The notes beneath the pieces were generated by a model. It made no database searches. It worked only from the letters and a program-made list of their open reading frames with translations, and was not told the DNA's origin. A program made the position numbers and the translations under genes. DNA of 64,000 nucleotides from Promethearchaeota archaeon (GTDB lineage: Archaea; Asgardarchaeota; Lokiarchaeia; Sigyniarchaeales; SOKP01): positions 256,001-320,000 of the forward strand of contig JBHLOY010000003.1 of assembly GCA_048939995.1 (NCBI GenBank), in the 5' to 3' direction. Numbering within the stretch: position 1 is the first letter of the stretch; the number at the start of each line of letters is the position of its first letter. Positions 41,760-51,695 of the stretch are shown piece after piece.

Positions 41760-42143
41760 TTAACAACTTGCACAGACTGCTCCTTTTGATCCAATAGCAA
41801 GGAGAATTAAACCTATTATAATAAGCGTTATTCCTACAGGCAATGATGAAGGTAGTGAAAAAACTCCCGCAATCGTTAATATAGCTCCAATCAGAAATAT
41901 TATGATTAAAGTTAGAGTAGATGATTTAATTTTAAGTCCTTGTCCTGAGGTGGATCTAAATTTTGAAAGTCTTATTATCTTATTTGAACCGCATTTGGGA
42001 CATTGTGGTAAGTCTTCTTCTTCAGTAGCCAGGCAATATTTACAATTTTGACACACTAAAAATTTCCTTTTCTCCCCCATTTTAACTTTATCTCTCTCTA
42101 CTAGAATTTTTTGTTCAGAATCAAATAAAAATAAAGATACCAT
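41760..42143 (-). CDS. Zinc-ribbon + 2-TM protein (true start probably the internal MGEK)
   Basis: CQNC...CPKCGS, two TM, ends CASC. Confidence 0.7.
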   Translation of the reverse strand: MVSLFLFDSEQKILVERDKVKMGEKRKFLVCQNCKYCLATEEEDLPQCPKCGSNKIIRLSKFRSTSGQGLKIKSSTLTLIIIFLIGAILTIAGVFSLPSSLPVGITLIIIGLILLAIGSKGAVCASC

Positions 42144-42225
42144 TTTATAAATTTTATCTAAAAAAAATTCATCTTGAAGAATCGTCTATTTCAACTTCCG
42201 TAAGAATTTCTAGCATTGAATTTTT

Positions 42226-42253
42226 ATTGAAATCAGACCCTGAATTTACCTTC
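42226..42253 (+). repeat. 28-bp intergenic repeat, copy 2
   Basis: attgaaatcagaccctgaatttaccttc. Confidence 0.7.
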
Positions 42254-42389
42254 CCAAACCAATTTCGTTGAAAATTGGGATAAAATTTAAAATAGTTTGA
42301 ACGTTTTTAGAATGATTATTGTAAATTGAATAGAAAATTTTTTTATTGATCTTTATTCGATAACAAGTTATAAAAAACGGATTTATAGA

Positions 42390-43205
42390 ATGATGTTCGT
42401 AATCAAAATGCTATTAGGCAAGGTTAAATTTAATGCTTGGAAAAGAAAAAACATTATTGAAGATTACGTCGATATCGGAGATATCAAAATGTATTATGCC
42501 ATGTTCGGTACTGGAGAGCCAGTTTTTTTATTACATGGCGGGATGGTAGATTACACAAGTTGGTTTTTTCAAATCAAAGAATTAGCAAAACATTTTCAGA
42601 TAATCGCTCCAGATACTCGAGCTCATGGAAGGACAACAGATTCAGATAAGCCTTTAAGTTATCATCTCTTTGCTTCAGATATTTCTCAAATGATGGAGAA
42701 ATTGGAAATAAAAAAAGCAAGTTTCGTAGGTTGGAGCGATGGGGGGTGCACTTCCTTGGTTCTTGGTCTACAGCATCCTGAATTAGTAAATAAGTTAGTA
42801 TTAATTGGTACTCCATATAATATATCTAATTTTTATCCTGATATCTTTGAAAGTTTTAATAATCTAAATCCTAATAATTTACCTAAAGATTATAAATTTA
42901 TTAAAAAAGCATATGAGAAAGTAGCATTAGATCCGGATAATTGGCCAATTCTAATCGAAAAAGAATTGAATATGGCTAAGAGAGAACCAAATTTCACGTT
43001 AGACCAATTGAAGAGCATTAAAAGTCCCTCACTTATTATTGATGGAGAAGGTGAACGCCTTTATCCATTAAAAGTTATTCAAGAAATGGCTGATGCTATA
43101 CCTAATGCGCAACTCGAAATTATTCCAGGTGGGACACATTTAGTTCTTATGGAGAAACCTAAACTAATAAACCGACTAATTGTAAGTTTTTTGAAGAATG
43201 ACTAA
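42390..43205 (+). CDS. Alpha/beta hydrolase
   Basis: LLHGG, GWSDGG nucleophile elbow, GTH. Confidence 0.92.
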   Translation: MMFVIKMLLGKVKFNAWKRKNIIEDYVDIGDIKMYYAMFGTGEPVFLLHGGMVDYTSWFFQIKELAKHFQIIAPDTRAHGRTTDSDKPLSYHLFASDISQMMEKLEIKKASFVGWSDGGCTSLVLGLQHPELVNKLVLIGTPYNISNFYPDIFESFNNLNPNNLPKDYKFIKKAYEKVALDPDNWPILIEKELNMAKREPNFTLDQLKSIKSPSLIIDGEGERLYPLKVIQEMADAIPNAQLEIIPGGTHLVLMEKPKLINRLIVSFLKND

Positions 43206-43233
43206 ATTGAATTCAGACTCTGAATTTTTCTTG
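43206..43233 (+). repeat. 28-bp intergenic repeat, copy 3
   Basis: attgaattcagactctgaatttttcttg; core AATTCAGA-C-TCTGAATT is a perfect inverted repeat. Confidence 0.7.
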
Positions 43234-43355
43234 AACTCCATGTTTAAATTAAATATTGGTCTCTACAAACTCTTTATATCGGGTTTAAATATTAAGAATT
43301 AGGAAAGTAAATTTTTCTCATTTCGATAAAAAATTAAAAAGTGAGGAGAAAGAGT

Positions 43356-43427
43356 ATGAATAAAGAAGGAAGAAAAAAGTCACCCAAGATAGTGGTTATT
43401 TATAATCCCGCATATATAATTTACTAA
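43356..43427 (+). CDS. 23-aa peptide B
   Basis: MNKEGRKKSPKIVVIYNPAYIIY; GAGGAG RBS; own TTTATAT box at about 43273; T-tract after. Confidence 0.72.
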   Translation: MNKEGRKKSPKIVVIYNPAYIIY

Positions 43428-43544
43428 TCAAATTTTTTTACTTTTTTTAAATTCATCATGAATTTCACGGGTACTATATTTTTAAAAGTGAAACTATCTA
43501 TATTTTAATATAAACTTAATTTAACTTTAAAGTGGAGGGTAAAA

Positions 43545-44267
43545 ATGGTAAATAATTATTATTTAAAAAATAAAGTAAAATTAACTACTCAATTTGAAAA
43601 GTATTTACATATATCAAAAGAATTATTGCTAAAGAAATTCAATGAACTGGAAATAGAAGAGATTTTTAATAAAATGCGAAATGAATATGAGAGTCTAATC
43701 CCAGAAATACCATATATCGGGGGTAAGAAAAATCCTTCCACACCTATGCTGATAGATTGTGTTGCTATGCTAGTATTTTTTCGCATTCTTGAACAAGCAG
43801 GGGTGACCTACCGTGAAATTGGGGAATTTAGTTATGAATTTTGGGAAAAGGTAAACGGGATAAGAGTCCATAAATTAGAAAAAGCAGGTCAAAATCCTGT
43901 AGATCAATATTTTAACGACACTTATATCAATTTTAATAAAAGTTACGCAAAAACAACACAACTAAAAGAATATCCAGACGATTTTGTTATGGAGTTTGTA
44001 GAAGGCGATGGTAAAACATTTGATTACGGTTATACTTTTACGGAATGTGGAATTCATAAAGTTTTTAAAAAGTTAGGGGCTGAGAAGTACGTTCCCTTCT
44101 TATGCTTGTCCGATTTTGCTCAGGCTAATATATTTGGATATGGATTTACACGAACTCAAACTATTGGGAATGGTGCTCTATTATGCGACCATCGATTTTT
44201 AAAAAAGGGGTCAACTCCACGAGCTTGGCCTCCAGATAATCTGCAAGAATTTAAGATGAAATTATAG
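43545..44267 (+). CDS. ATC_hydrolase-family protein
   Basis: IPYIGGKKN, TECGI, LCLSD, TRTQTIGNGALLCDHRF. Confidence 0.8.
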   Translation: MVNNYYLKNKVKLTTQFEKYLHISKELLLKKFNELEIEEIFNKMRNEYESLIPEIPYIGGKKNPSTPMLIDCVAMLVFFRILEQAGVTYREIGEFSYEFWEKVNGIRVHKLEKAGQNPVDQYFNDTYINFNKSYAKTTQLKEYPDDFVMEFVEGDGKTFDYGYTFTECGIHKVFKKLGAEKYVPFLCLSDFAQANIFGYGFTRTQTIGNGALLCDHRFLKKGSTPRAWPPDNLQEFKMKL

Positions 44268-44308
44268 CTTTCAGTTAACATTATAAAATAAGAAAAAAAA
44301 TAGTAAAT

Positions 44309-44500
44309 TTACTTAAATAAGTTTTCAAAGAGAGGAGAAGCTCCTACAGGAATAAATTCGTACTCAACTAGTTCTTCTCTTACAAATGGTAAGTCTTTAA
44401 TATAATTTTTAGCTTCATCAACATCTTTGCATTCAAGAACTAGCATAAGACCTGGCTTATCTGTTCTGAAATAAAATTCTCGGAAAAAAAGCTTGATGGT
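44309..44500 (-). pseudogene. 5'-truncated muconolactone-isomerase-like gene fragment
   Basis: REFYFRTDKPGLMLVLECKDVDEAKNYIKDLPFVREELVEYEFIPVG...; no intact start in frame seen. Confidence 0.5.
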
Positions 44501-44535
44501 AATGATTTCTTCAGCATAGTAGGATTTTTCTTGAA

Positions 44536-45498
44536 TTATACGCTTAACTCTTTAACTTTTAACTCCAGTTCTTCTATTCCTCTAATATCTTTAACAGATT
44601 TAGCTACATTAAATAATATTTGATAATAATTTAACGCAACGTTCTTTCCTTCCTCTCTAACAATAGCCTCACCACGTCTAAAAATTAGAACTTTTAATGC
44701 GTCAATCCGATCAACATTTGCCGCAGCAGAATATGCTTTTAAAAAGTAATCTCTCGCATTATCAAAATCATCTTTAAGAAAGTACAAAAATGCCACAGCA
44801 AAATATGAGAATTGCAAGGAGAATATAAATCCAATTTCTTCTCTTATTTCTGCAGACTTTTTATGGTATTCTAGGCCCTTATCAAGATCTTCTTTATAAA
44901 AAGAATAATAAAAAGCAAGATGTCTATATAAATAGGATTGTTCTAATTTAAAATTGCCCTCTTCTGCTAGCTCTAATCCCTTCTGATAATATTCAAAAGC
45001 ATTTTGTTTATCTCTATTATCAACTCCTTTTCTATTCTCATGATAAAGACCTAAATGAAAATAAGATTTAGATAATCCTAGTTTATCATTTATCTGGGAT
45101 CTGATATTTAGCGCTTTATCATAAAAATTCTTTGCTTCTTCAAAATCTCCTTCCAAAATTCCTTTACGGTATATGCAATTTCCATAAAGATCAAGAGCAT
45201 CAGCTAAAGTAGCCTTCGCATTAGAAGAATCTGCCAATGTTATCGCTTCCTGTAGCAAATTCATTTCATCATCATAATTAAATTCTTTAAGAAATTTTTG
45301 ATCAGTTTTGAGCTTAGCAACTTGTACTAAATATCTTGCTTTATCTTGCTTTTTTAATTCGTTTGAATCTAATATTTGTTTGATCGAATTGAGAAATAAC
45401 ATTGCGCTATCAAACTTGCCTTCAAAACGGTAAACCTCAGAGATTCTACAGACAATATTTATAAACTTGTTAAAAAGTTCTTCAAGCACGTTAATCAA
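44536..45498 (-). CDS. TPR protein
   Basis: EEAKNFYDKALNIR, SKSYFHLG, AFEYYQKGLEL. Confidence 0.85.
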   Translation of the reverse strand: MINVLEELFNKFINIVCRISEVYRFEGKFDSAMLFLNSIKQILDSNELKKQDKARYLVQVAKLKTDQKFLKEFNYDDEMNLLQEAITLADSSNAKATLADALDLYGNCIYRKGILEGDFEEAKNFYDKALNIRSQINDKLGLSKSYFHLGLYHENRKGVDNRDKQNAFEYYQKGLELAEEGNFKLEQSYLYRHLAFYYSFYKEDLDKGLEYHKKSAEIREEIGFIFSLQFSYFAVAFLYFLKDDFDNARDYFLKAYSAAANVDRIDALKVLIFRRGEAIVREEGKNVALNYYQILFNVAKSVKDIRGIEELELKVKELSV

Positions 45499-45739
45499 CT
45501 ATTAATACAATATTTCAGGAATTGAACTCGTTAGAAGATTAAAATTCTAAGTAGAATTATTAAATTACTTTATATATAGATTTACAGATTGAACTTCAAA
45601 CAAATTTTGATAAAAAATTTGAACTAACTCAGTTAATAAACTTGATACTGTATTAATCACTCCATTAAGTCTAAAACAACAGTTTTTTAAGAATAAATGA
45701 CTATTTTTTCTAGATCTTAAAGATTAGAGGGGGAATCAT

Positions 45740-46300
45740 TTGGTAGAAGTTAGATATTGGTGGCCTCTATTTCCTTTAATTGGAATTATTTTAATGATTA
45801 CGTCTTTATTTTTGCCATGGATGTTAGTTACAATTGATTATCTTCCTAATTTTTACTTACAGGATGGATTTTTGCTCTTTGGTGGTATTTTAGTTTCTCT
45901 GGAACCTTTTTCTGTATTATACCCAGAAATGCTAATCGTGTTGAACCTTCTTCGGATGCTATTAATAATTTTTGGGGCTGCTTTGATGGGGTATACTTTA
46001 TTATTGTTAATATCCACTATTTGGGTTATTAAAAGTAATAAAGGAATAAAAAAAGCAAAGATTATGTGGTTAGTTATTGGTCTTTTATTGCTTTCAAATC
46101 AAATAATCCAATTGGCTATTTATAATATAAATTTTTTATATATTAGTCGTCATTTCCCAAACCCGTTGACAGTTAGATTTACTGTTGACATAGGAATGAT
46201 CTTTTTAATATTTGGAAGTGTAATTTTGATTTTAGGATATATATTAGCTAAGAGAATAGGTCAAAATCGTCTCAGTGAAAAACCTATTAATGTTGATTAA
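45740..46300 (+). CDS. 4-TM membrane protein
   Basis: SLFLPW and hydrophobic helices. Confidence 0.7.
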   Translation: MVEVRYWWPLFPLIGIILMITSLFLPWMLVTIDYLPNFYLQDGFLLFGGILVSLEPFSVLYPEMLIVLNLLRMLLIIFGAALMGYTLLLLISTIWVIKSNKGIKKAKIMWLVIGLLLLSNQIIQLAIYNINFLYISRHFPNPLTVRFTVDIGMIFLIFGSVILILGYILAKRIGQNRLSEKPINVD

Positions 46301-46340
46301 TAAGAATTAAATGAAAAAAATAAGCTCAAAATGACTGCTT

Positions 46341-47207
46341 TTATGCATAATTTATTTCTCGAATGTTCTCTATAGATCTAACTCCCTTTTTTGATAAAAT
46401 CTTGGTTAATTTACTCCGTAAACTGTTTAACCTTAATTCATGGAACATTAATGCTGGCAATGGTATAATTGAAAGCATAAAAGGTGTCGAAATAATTCCT
46501 GGTATATCAGCAAGTTCTCCCAATTCGGGATGTAAACTTTGTATAGCACCGAACATTAATACTATCATGCCGAATATTGCTCCGATTCCTACATAACCAG
46601 AAAATATACTGTGGAAATAATGATAAACCCCTTCGACATCTGGTAAAAGCCTTTTTTCTTTCTTCCTTTTTTCATTCTTCAATGAACACATAATACTCGA
46701 ATCTCTGAGTAACCAAATTGGTTCAAGTATTAAAATCAAGAATGGGAGGACAAAATAACTAGTAGTTGATGCTTTTAGAAAGGGAGTAGGCGCTTCATAT
46801 ACTGATGGTGAAGGGGCTATAATAATTTCTTCGGGTATGATCTGAGATAGAAATATTCCAATGCTGAATGAAAAGAAACCTAGGAGTAGAACTCGTTTTG
46901 CGATGCTCCAATAATTCAATTTAAGATAAGTCTCTTTTAATATATAATAGTCATATCGGTTCAATTTCATAATTCTATGAATTTTAAAGAAAAATACAGA
47001 AAATATAACAGAAAAACATTGAATCAAAATCATCATAATTAATGGTGAAAAGAAAAAGTTATAGGCAGAATCAATAACTAAACTTACAAATGGTATTAAG
47101 TAGGTAAGATCTTGTGTACCTTCAGCTCCAAGAGCAATAATTTGAAAAAGAAAACTAGGGATAACTACGGCTAGATATAAAATAATCGGATAAACATATT
47201 TGTTCAT
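46341..47207 (-). CDS. Multi-pass membrane protein
   Basis: About 6 TM, PIWLLRDS motif. Confidence 0.72.
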   Translation of the reverse strand: MNKYVYPIILYLAVVIPSFLFQIIALGAEGTQDLTYLIPFVSLVIDSAYNFFFSPLIMMILIQCFSVIFSVFFFKIHRIMKLNRYDYYILKETYLKLNYWSIAKRVLLLGFFSFSIGIFLSQIIPEEIIIAPSPSVYEAPTPFLKASTTSYFVLPFLILILEPIWLLRDSSIMCSLKNEKRKKEKRLLPDVEGVYHYFHSIFSGYVGIGAIFGMIVLMFGAIQSLHPELGELADIPGIISTPFMLSIIPLPALMFHELRLNSLRSKLTKILSKKGVRSIENIREINYA

Positions 47208-47372
47208 TTTTTTTTCTTACCTTATAATTTTTTGAGATTATAGTTATTGAATTTCTTTTAATCTTACCAATGAAATTTATAATTTTAAATTATTTGAAAA
47301 TAAAATTCTTGATTTTATACATAATAGATCTAAGTCGTAGCGATTTAAATAGAGAATTAGGGTCAATTCGAA

Positions 47373-47984
47373 TTAATTAGATTTCTTTTTTAGGATTAGA
47401 TATTTAATAGTATCATAGATACTGTAAATTCCGATTGAAAAGACTGTAAAAGATATGCAAAAAATAGCTATTATAAATATCAAATCTGAAGGGATTCGTA
47501 TAATTGTAATGATTCCAACTCCTATTAGAACCAGGCCAAGTATAAACCCAAATGGAATTATAGAAATACGGACAATTTTATATAAGAAAATTAAGGAGAG
47601 TGAAAAACTGATACTTAAGACCAATGTTCCCAAAGAATGAGGAATGAATGCAGCAAAAATGGTTATCATAAATGTAATTACAAGGATTTTCAATTCTTTA
47701 TCTAATGGTTCTTTATCTTTTTTTTTAGCAAATTTTTTTATACCAAATAACATTGACTTTAATTTCATTGCTCTTTTATAATTCTTTATTGCTTCTTTGT
47801 ATCGCTTGGAATTTACTAAATTATCTCCCTCGATTTTTAAGACATCTAACTCCCAAATACATCTATTGAATTTGTTTAAATCAATTTTTTTAAGCTCATG
47901 TTGATTTTCAATAAGCCAATCTTCCAATAATGAAAATTCCTCCTCAAAATGTTGAATCTTTCTTAAAAACTTTATTTCTTTCAT
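47373..47984 (-). CDS. TPR-like N-terminus + 4-TM protein
   Basis: EGDNLV..KRYKEAIKNYKRAM, then TM helices. Confidence 0.62.
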   Translation of the reverse strand: MKEIKFLRKIQHFEEEFSLLEDWLIENQHELKKIDLNKFNRCIWELDVLKIEGDNLVNSKRYKEAIKNYKRAMKLKSMLFGIKKFAKKKDKEPLDKELKILVITFMITIFAAFIPHSLGTLVLSISFSLSLIFLYKIVRISIIPFGFILGLVLIGVGIITIIRIPSDLIFIIAIFCISFTVFSIGIYSIYDTIKYLILKKKSN

Positions 47985-48105
47985 TTTAGGGTAATTGAAT
48001 TTCTTTTAATATTTATAATTTTAATTTATTTACAAATTTATGAGTAAAAAGCCAATTATTTAAAACATTTATTTCTCTATTTAACTTTAACTTCTAATTG
48101 TAATA

Positions 48106-48354
48106 TTGTTGAATCATTCAATGGATGAGAAAAAGAAGATTACTGAAGAGTTTAAAGATGAAATGGGATTTAAATCGTGTGATTTATCTAATAAACAAAC
48201 AACTAATAAACAAGAACTATTTGGAACTCAGAGACCAACTATAAACATGGATTGTAAAAATTCATTAAATATTACTTATGAGTGCACTGGATTGATTGAT
48301 GTCAACAAAAAGAAAGTATTTAAATCTACTTGTGAAGAAAAAATAAGTAAATAA
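48106..48354 (+). CDS. Small hypothetical protein
   Basis: 82 aa ORF in an intergenic gap, 4 Cys. Confidence 0.45.
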   Translation: MLNHSMDEKKKITEEFKDEMGFKSCDLSNKQTTNKQELFGTQRPTINMDCKNSLNITYECTGLIDVNKKKVFKSTCEEKISK

Positions 48355-48368
48355 GAAGTAAAAATAAA

Positions 48369-49082
48369 CTATTTGTTATCAGATTGCTCTAAATCAGCGG
48401 AGAAAAACGTATTTCCATAATGCGTATATAAAACTGTTGCAGGATTGTGAGGATTTGCCCTATCCTTGGCAATAAATGTTGTGACAGGCGCATCTGAAAG
48501 GCGTGTAAAGGTGACATCATGGCCAACACACAATCCAACAATAAGATTGAGATCTGTTTTAAATTTATTTAAGATTAAAGCTTGTGCAACAGGATTACAT
48601 GATACAAAACCAATTGGGTATCCTGTTTTCGATATCGTAAAGTATTCTTTAGGTATACCTACCTCAAGTTTATTAATTGCTCCTGTCTTACAGCATACTG
48701 AACAAACCTCAAAACCATATTTAAGAAGAATATCGGCAGTTTTTTCTGTTTCTTTTTGTAAAGCAACACAAGAGGCAAGTCCAATTTTTTTAAAACCCAT
48801 TCCTTTTGCATATTCTATAGTATCTTTTAGCCGAGGCCAATGCATATATCCTTTAGCTTCAACAATAGATGCTATATTGGTTGACTTCTTTATAAATTCA
48901 TCCATTCTATACAATTCCATTGCTTGCTTAGTGATTTCAGGGCTTACCTTCATCGGACAATTCTTTAGCTCTTTATTCGGTTTCCCAATAGTGCACTGAT
49001 TTAAACTATCGCACTTAAAGCATGTTGGAGCGTTTAGATCTGTTCTTTTTTTAGTATTTATCTTATTTTTCTCTAATGCCAT
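48369..49082 (-). CDS. DUF1847 metal-binding protein
   Basis: KKIGLASC, SVCCKTG, CNPVAQA, VGLCVGHD, KDR...HNP. Confidence 0.88.
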   Translation of the reverse strand: MALEKNKINTKKRTDLNAPTCFKCDSLNQCTIGKPNKELKNCPMKVSPEITKQAMELYRMDEFIKKSTNIASIVEAKGYMHWPRLKDTIEYAKGMGFKKIGLASCVALQKETEKTADILLKYGFEVCSVCCKTGAINKLEVGIPKEYFTISKTGYPIGFVSCNPVAQALILNKFKTDLNLIVGLCVGHDVTFTRLSDAPVTTFIAKDRANPHNPATVLYTHYGNTFFSADLEQSDNK

Positions 49083-49416
49083 ACTACATCAAATTTCAAT
49101 TCTAACTAAGAATAAAGAATGAAAAATATTAAGTTTTGATTGAATATAATAAAAGATAGCAATTATCGAAAAACGAAATTTTTTTTCCAGACATTGAGGA
49201 AATAGGACAAAATGATCATTTTTCTCGATAGATTCTCTCCAATTTTTTGCATCTCGATAATATACTTCATGGTATTTTATCTAAATTCGAAATTGAAAAC
49301 TAAAATAGTGAATGAATTAACTACTTGTGTAATTATTGCACTTTTATTTATATAGTATACAATGATATGTCATTAGCAGAATTGATTAATTTTAGCCTTA
49401 AAAATTTGTGATTTGA

Positions 49417-49815
49417 ATGCTAAAAAGCGACAAACAAATGCCCCAACTTAAAAATTTTACAGCTCCAGATATATTAGAAATTAGATCTTTAAAAGAGATA
49501 GATACTTTATTTACAGATAATCCCAAATTGGATATAGTATTAGATTTCTGGGCTGAATGGTGTGGTCCATGTAAGCAGTTTTTTCCAATATTCGAAAGGC
49601 TACATAAAGAATATTACAAACATTTTGTTTTTGCCAAGGTAAATATTGAGCAAGATAAACGAATTTCTTATAAATATAATATAACCAACCTTCCAACTTG
49701 TATAATCATTAAAAATGGCAATCTAGCCTATATGCATACAAGCATTATTGATTATCTTGAATTAAAAGAAACACTTGAAAGATATAAGAATTTTAAATTA
49801 AATACTAATGATTAA
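49417..49815 (+). CDS. trxA: Thioredoxin
   Basis: DFWAEWCGPCK, NLPT. Confidence 0.88.
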   Translation: MLKSDKQMPQLKNFTAPDILEIRSLKEIDTLFTDNPKLDIVLDFWAEWCGPCKQFFPIFERLHKEYYKHFVFAKVNIEQDKRISYKYNITNLPTCIIIKNGNLAYMHTSIIDYLELKETLERYKNFKLNTND

Positions 49816-51313
49816 GAATCTCATGATATATCAAGAACTTATAAGAATCTTGGAAATCTATTTTACTGGAATAGATATGTTTTACCGTAATGTTGATAAG
49901 TACTTTCTTGAAAAGATAAAGCGATTTTTAGGAAATAATGTAGATAATATAGATAAAGTTCTTGAAGACATTATTCTGATTTTAATTGATGAGTTTGTAG
50001 AATTAGGATTATATAAAGCTAAAGTTCAAAATAGATTTTTCGATAAATTTTTAACCGTGAGAATTGAAGAAAATAGCATTTCTTCAATTGATACTTTATA
50101 TGAAAAAAAAATTGCTCCATTAGTTTATGAAGTAATCTTAGAACAAGTCATTTTCTATCTTATAGATGATAGAGGAATACCAATAATTTTATGTTTTAAA
50201 AATAAAGGTTTTCTTACTCTTGATTTTGTGATTGAATTAAGGAATTTGAAAAATTTATTAAATGAATCACCTGTAAAACTTGATAAGTTGAAAAAGTATT
50301 TTCAAATCCGAGATAAAATTATTATAAAATTCTGTGAGAACAAAGAAAAAATAGAAAGTTTAGAGGATTTAGATGATTTAGAGACTAAAATACAATTATT
50401 TTATCAGATCTACAAAATTATTGATTTCTTCGATATTAACTACATTTTTGATTTTTCTCACATGAAATGTTTTTTACAAGATCATTTTGAGGATTGTATG
50501 GAAAGTATACCTCTAATTTCTTTAAAAAATCCAGACATTTATTATTGTGCATTATACTTAGCAAATGAATTAAAAGTTAATTTTAATCATAAGAAAATCA
50601 AAGTCTTTTTGCAGGATTTATATAAAGATCTTCTAGATGATTTTGACGTTCCTATTTTGGAAGCAACTAATCAAATATCCTTTTATTTACAATCAACTTC
50701 CCTAGTAAAATTGTGGTTAGAAGATGAACAAATAAAAAATCTTGTGAAATTTGATTCTCATATGTTTGATCCTTATTATTTAAAAAATATGGAAACCTCT
50801 CAACTTGGAAATATTTTAGCTATATTTGCTTTTCTTAATTCTTTGAATAAAGATGAATTAATTATTGAAGCCATTAATGATGAGATTGAAAAGAGAATTA
50901 CTCCAAATAAAGTATTGCAATATCGAAATGGTTTTTATTCATCAGAAGCAAGCTATTATGTCATATTTAGTAATTATATAAATAATAATTATGATAAATT
51001 AAAATCCTTGTTAAATCCCAATATCTTGGACAAAATTGTGTCTAGAATCTATAGAAACCTGGAATTTCTGGAATTTTCAGGAGATATGAATATTGACTTA
51101 TTAAGTGAACTATTTTATTCTATTGAGAGCTTGAGACTATTTAATTGTATAAAAATAAAAGAATTTACAATGCTTCTAACTAAATATATGTTTCCTGAAA
51201 CAATTGAGCGCAAAATATCAAGAACTATAGGTATTAATGGATCAAAAACAAGATCCAAATATTTAACTATAGATAAAATAACTGGAGAATCATATTATAT
51301 GATTACAAGTTAG
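49808..51313 (+). CDS. Hypothetical helical protein
   Basis: 501 aa ORF overlapping thioredoxin by 8 bp; no motif recognised. Confidence 0.7.
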   Translation: MIKNLMIYQELIRILEIYFTGIDMFYRNVDKYFLEKIKRFLGNNVDNIDKVLEDIILILIDEFVELGLYKAKVQNRFFDKFLTVRIEENSISSIDTLYEKKIAPLVYEVILEQVIFYLIDDRGIPIILCFKNKGFLTLDFVIELRNLKNLLNESPVKLDKLKKYFQIRDKIIIKFCENKEKIESLEDLDDLETKIQLFYQIYKIIDFFDINYIFDFSHMKCFLQDHFEDCMESIPLISLKNPDIYYCALYLANELKVNFNHKKIKVFLQDLYKDLLDDFDVPILEATNQISFYLQSTSLVKLWLEDEQIKNLVKFDSHMFDPYYLKNMETSQLGNILAIFAFLNSLNKDELIIEAINDEIEKRITPNKVLQYRNGFYSSEASYYVIFSNYINNNYDKLKSLLNPNILDKIVSRIYRNLEFLEFSGDMNIDLLSELFYSIESLRLFNCIKIKEFTMLLTKYMFPETIERKISRTIGINGSKTRSKYLTIDKITGESYYMITS

Positions 51314-51336
51314 TATTAATTTATCGAATAAAGTTA

Positions 51337-51498
51337 TTAATGAGTAAAGAGTTTTGAGCCCGATTTAAGACATTTATCAAGATTTTCTTTTATATTTGGG
51401 TTCTCAAGAGCTTTAAAAATCTCATCTACATTTAAACATGATTGTATTGATTCATTTTTAAATCCTATTTTAATTACTTTTTCTTTCTTTTCATTCAT
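51337..51498 (-). CDS. 53-aa hypothetical protein
   Basis: MNEKKEKVIKIGFKNESIQSCLNVDEIFKALENPNIKENLDKCLKSGSKLFTH; GTGAG upstream. Confidence 0.45.
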   Translation of the reverse strand: MNEKKEKVIKIGFKNESIQSCLNVDEIFKALENPNIKENLDKCLKSGSKLFTH

Positions 51499-51695
51499 TT
51501 TTAATGACTCACACTAATTTCATAATTTATTCTATTATTGAGGATAAATTCGAATAACAAATTTAAAAGTTGGTTTAATAAGCCAATGAAAATTGCGATG
51601 ATTTTAGAAAATTTTATAATTAGTACGTAGATTTTTCTTAAATTTTATAATTTAGAACTGAAAATTTTATTTAATTTTATTCTATTTCAAGCTAT

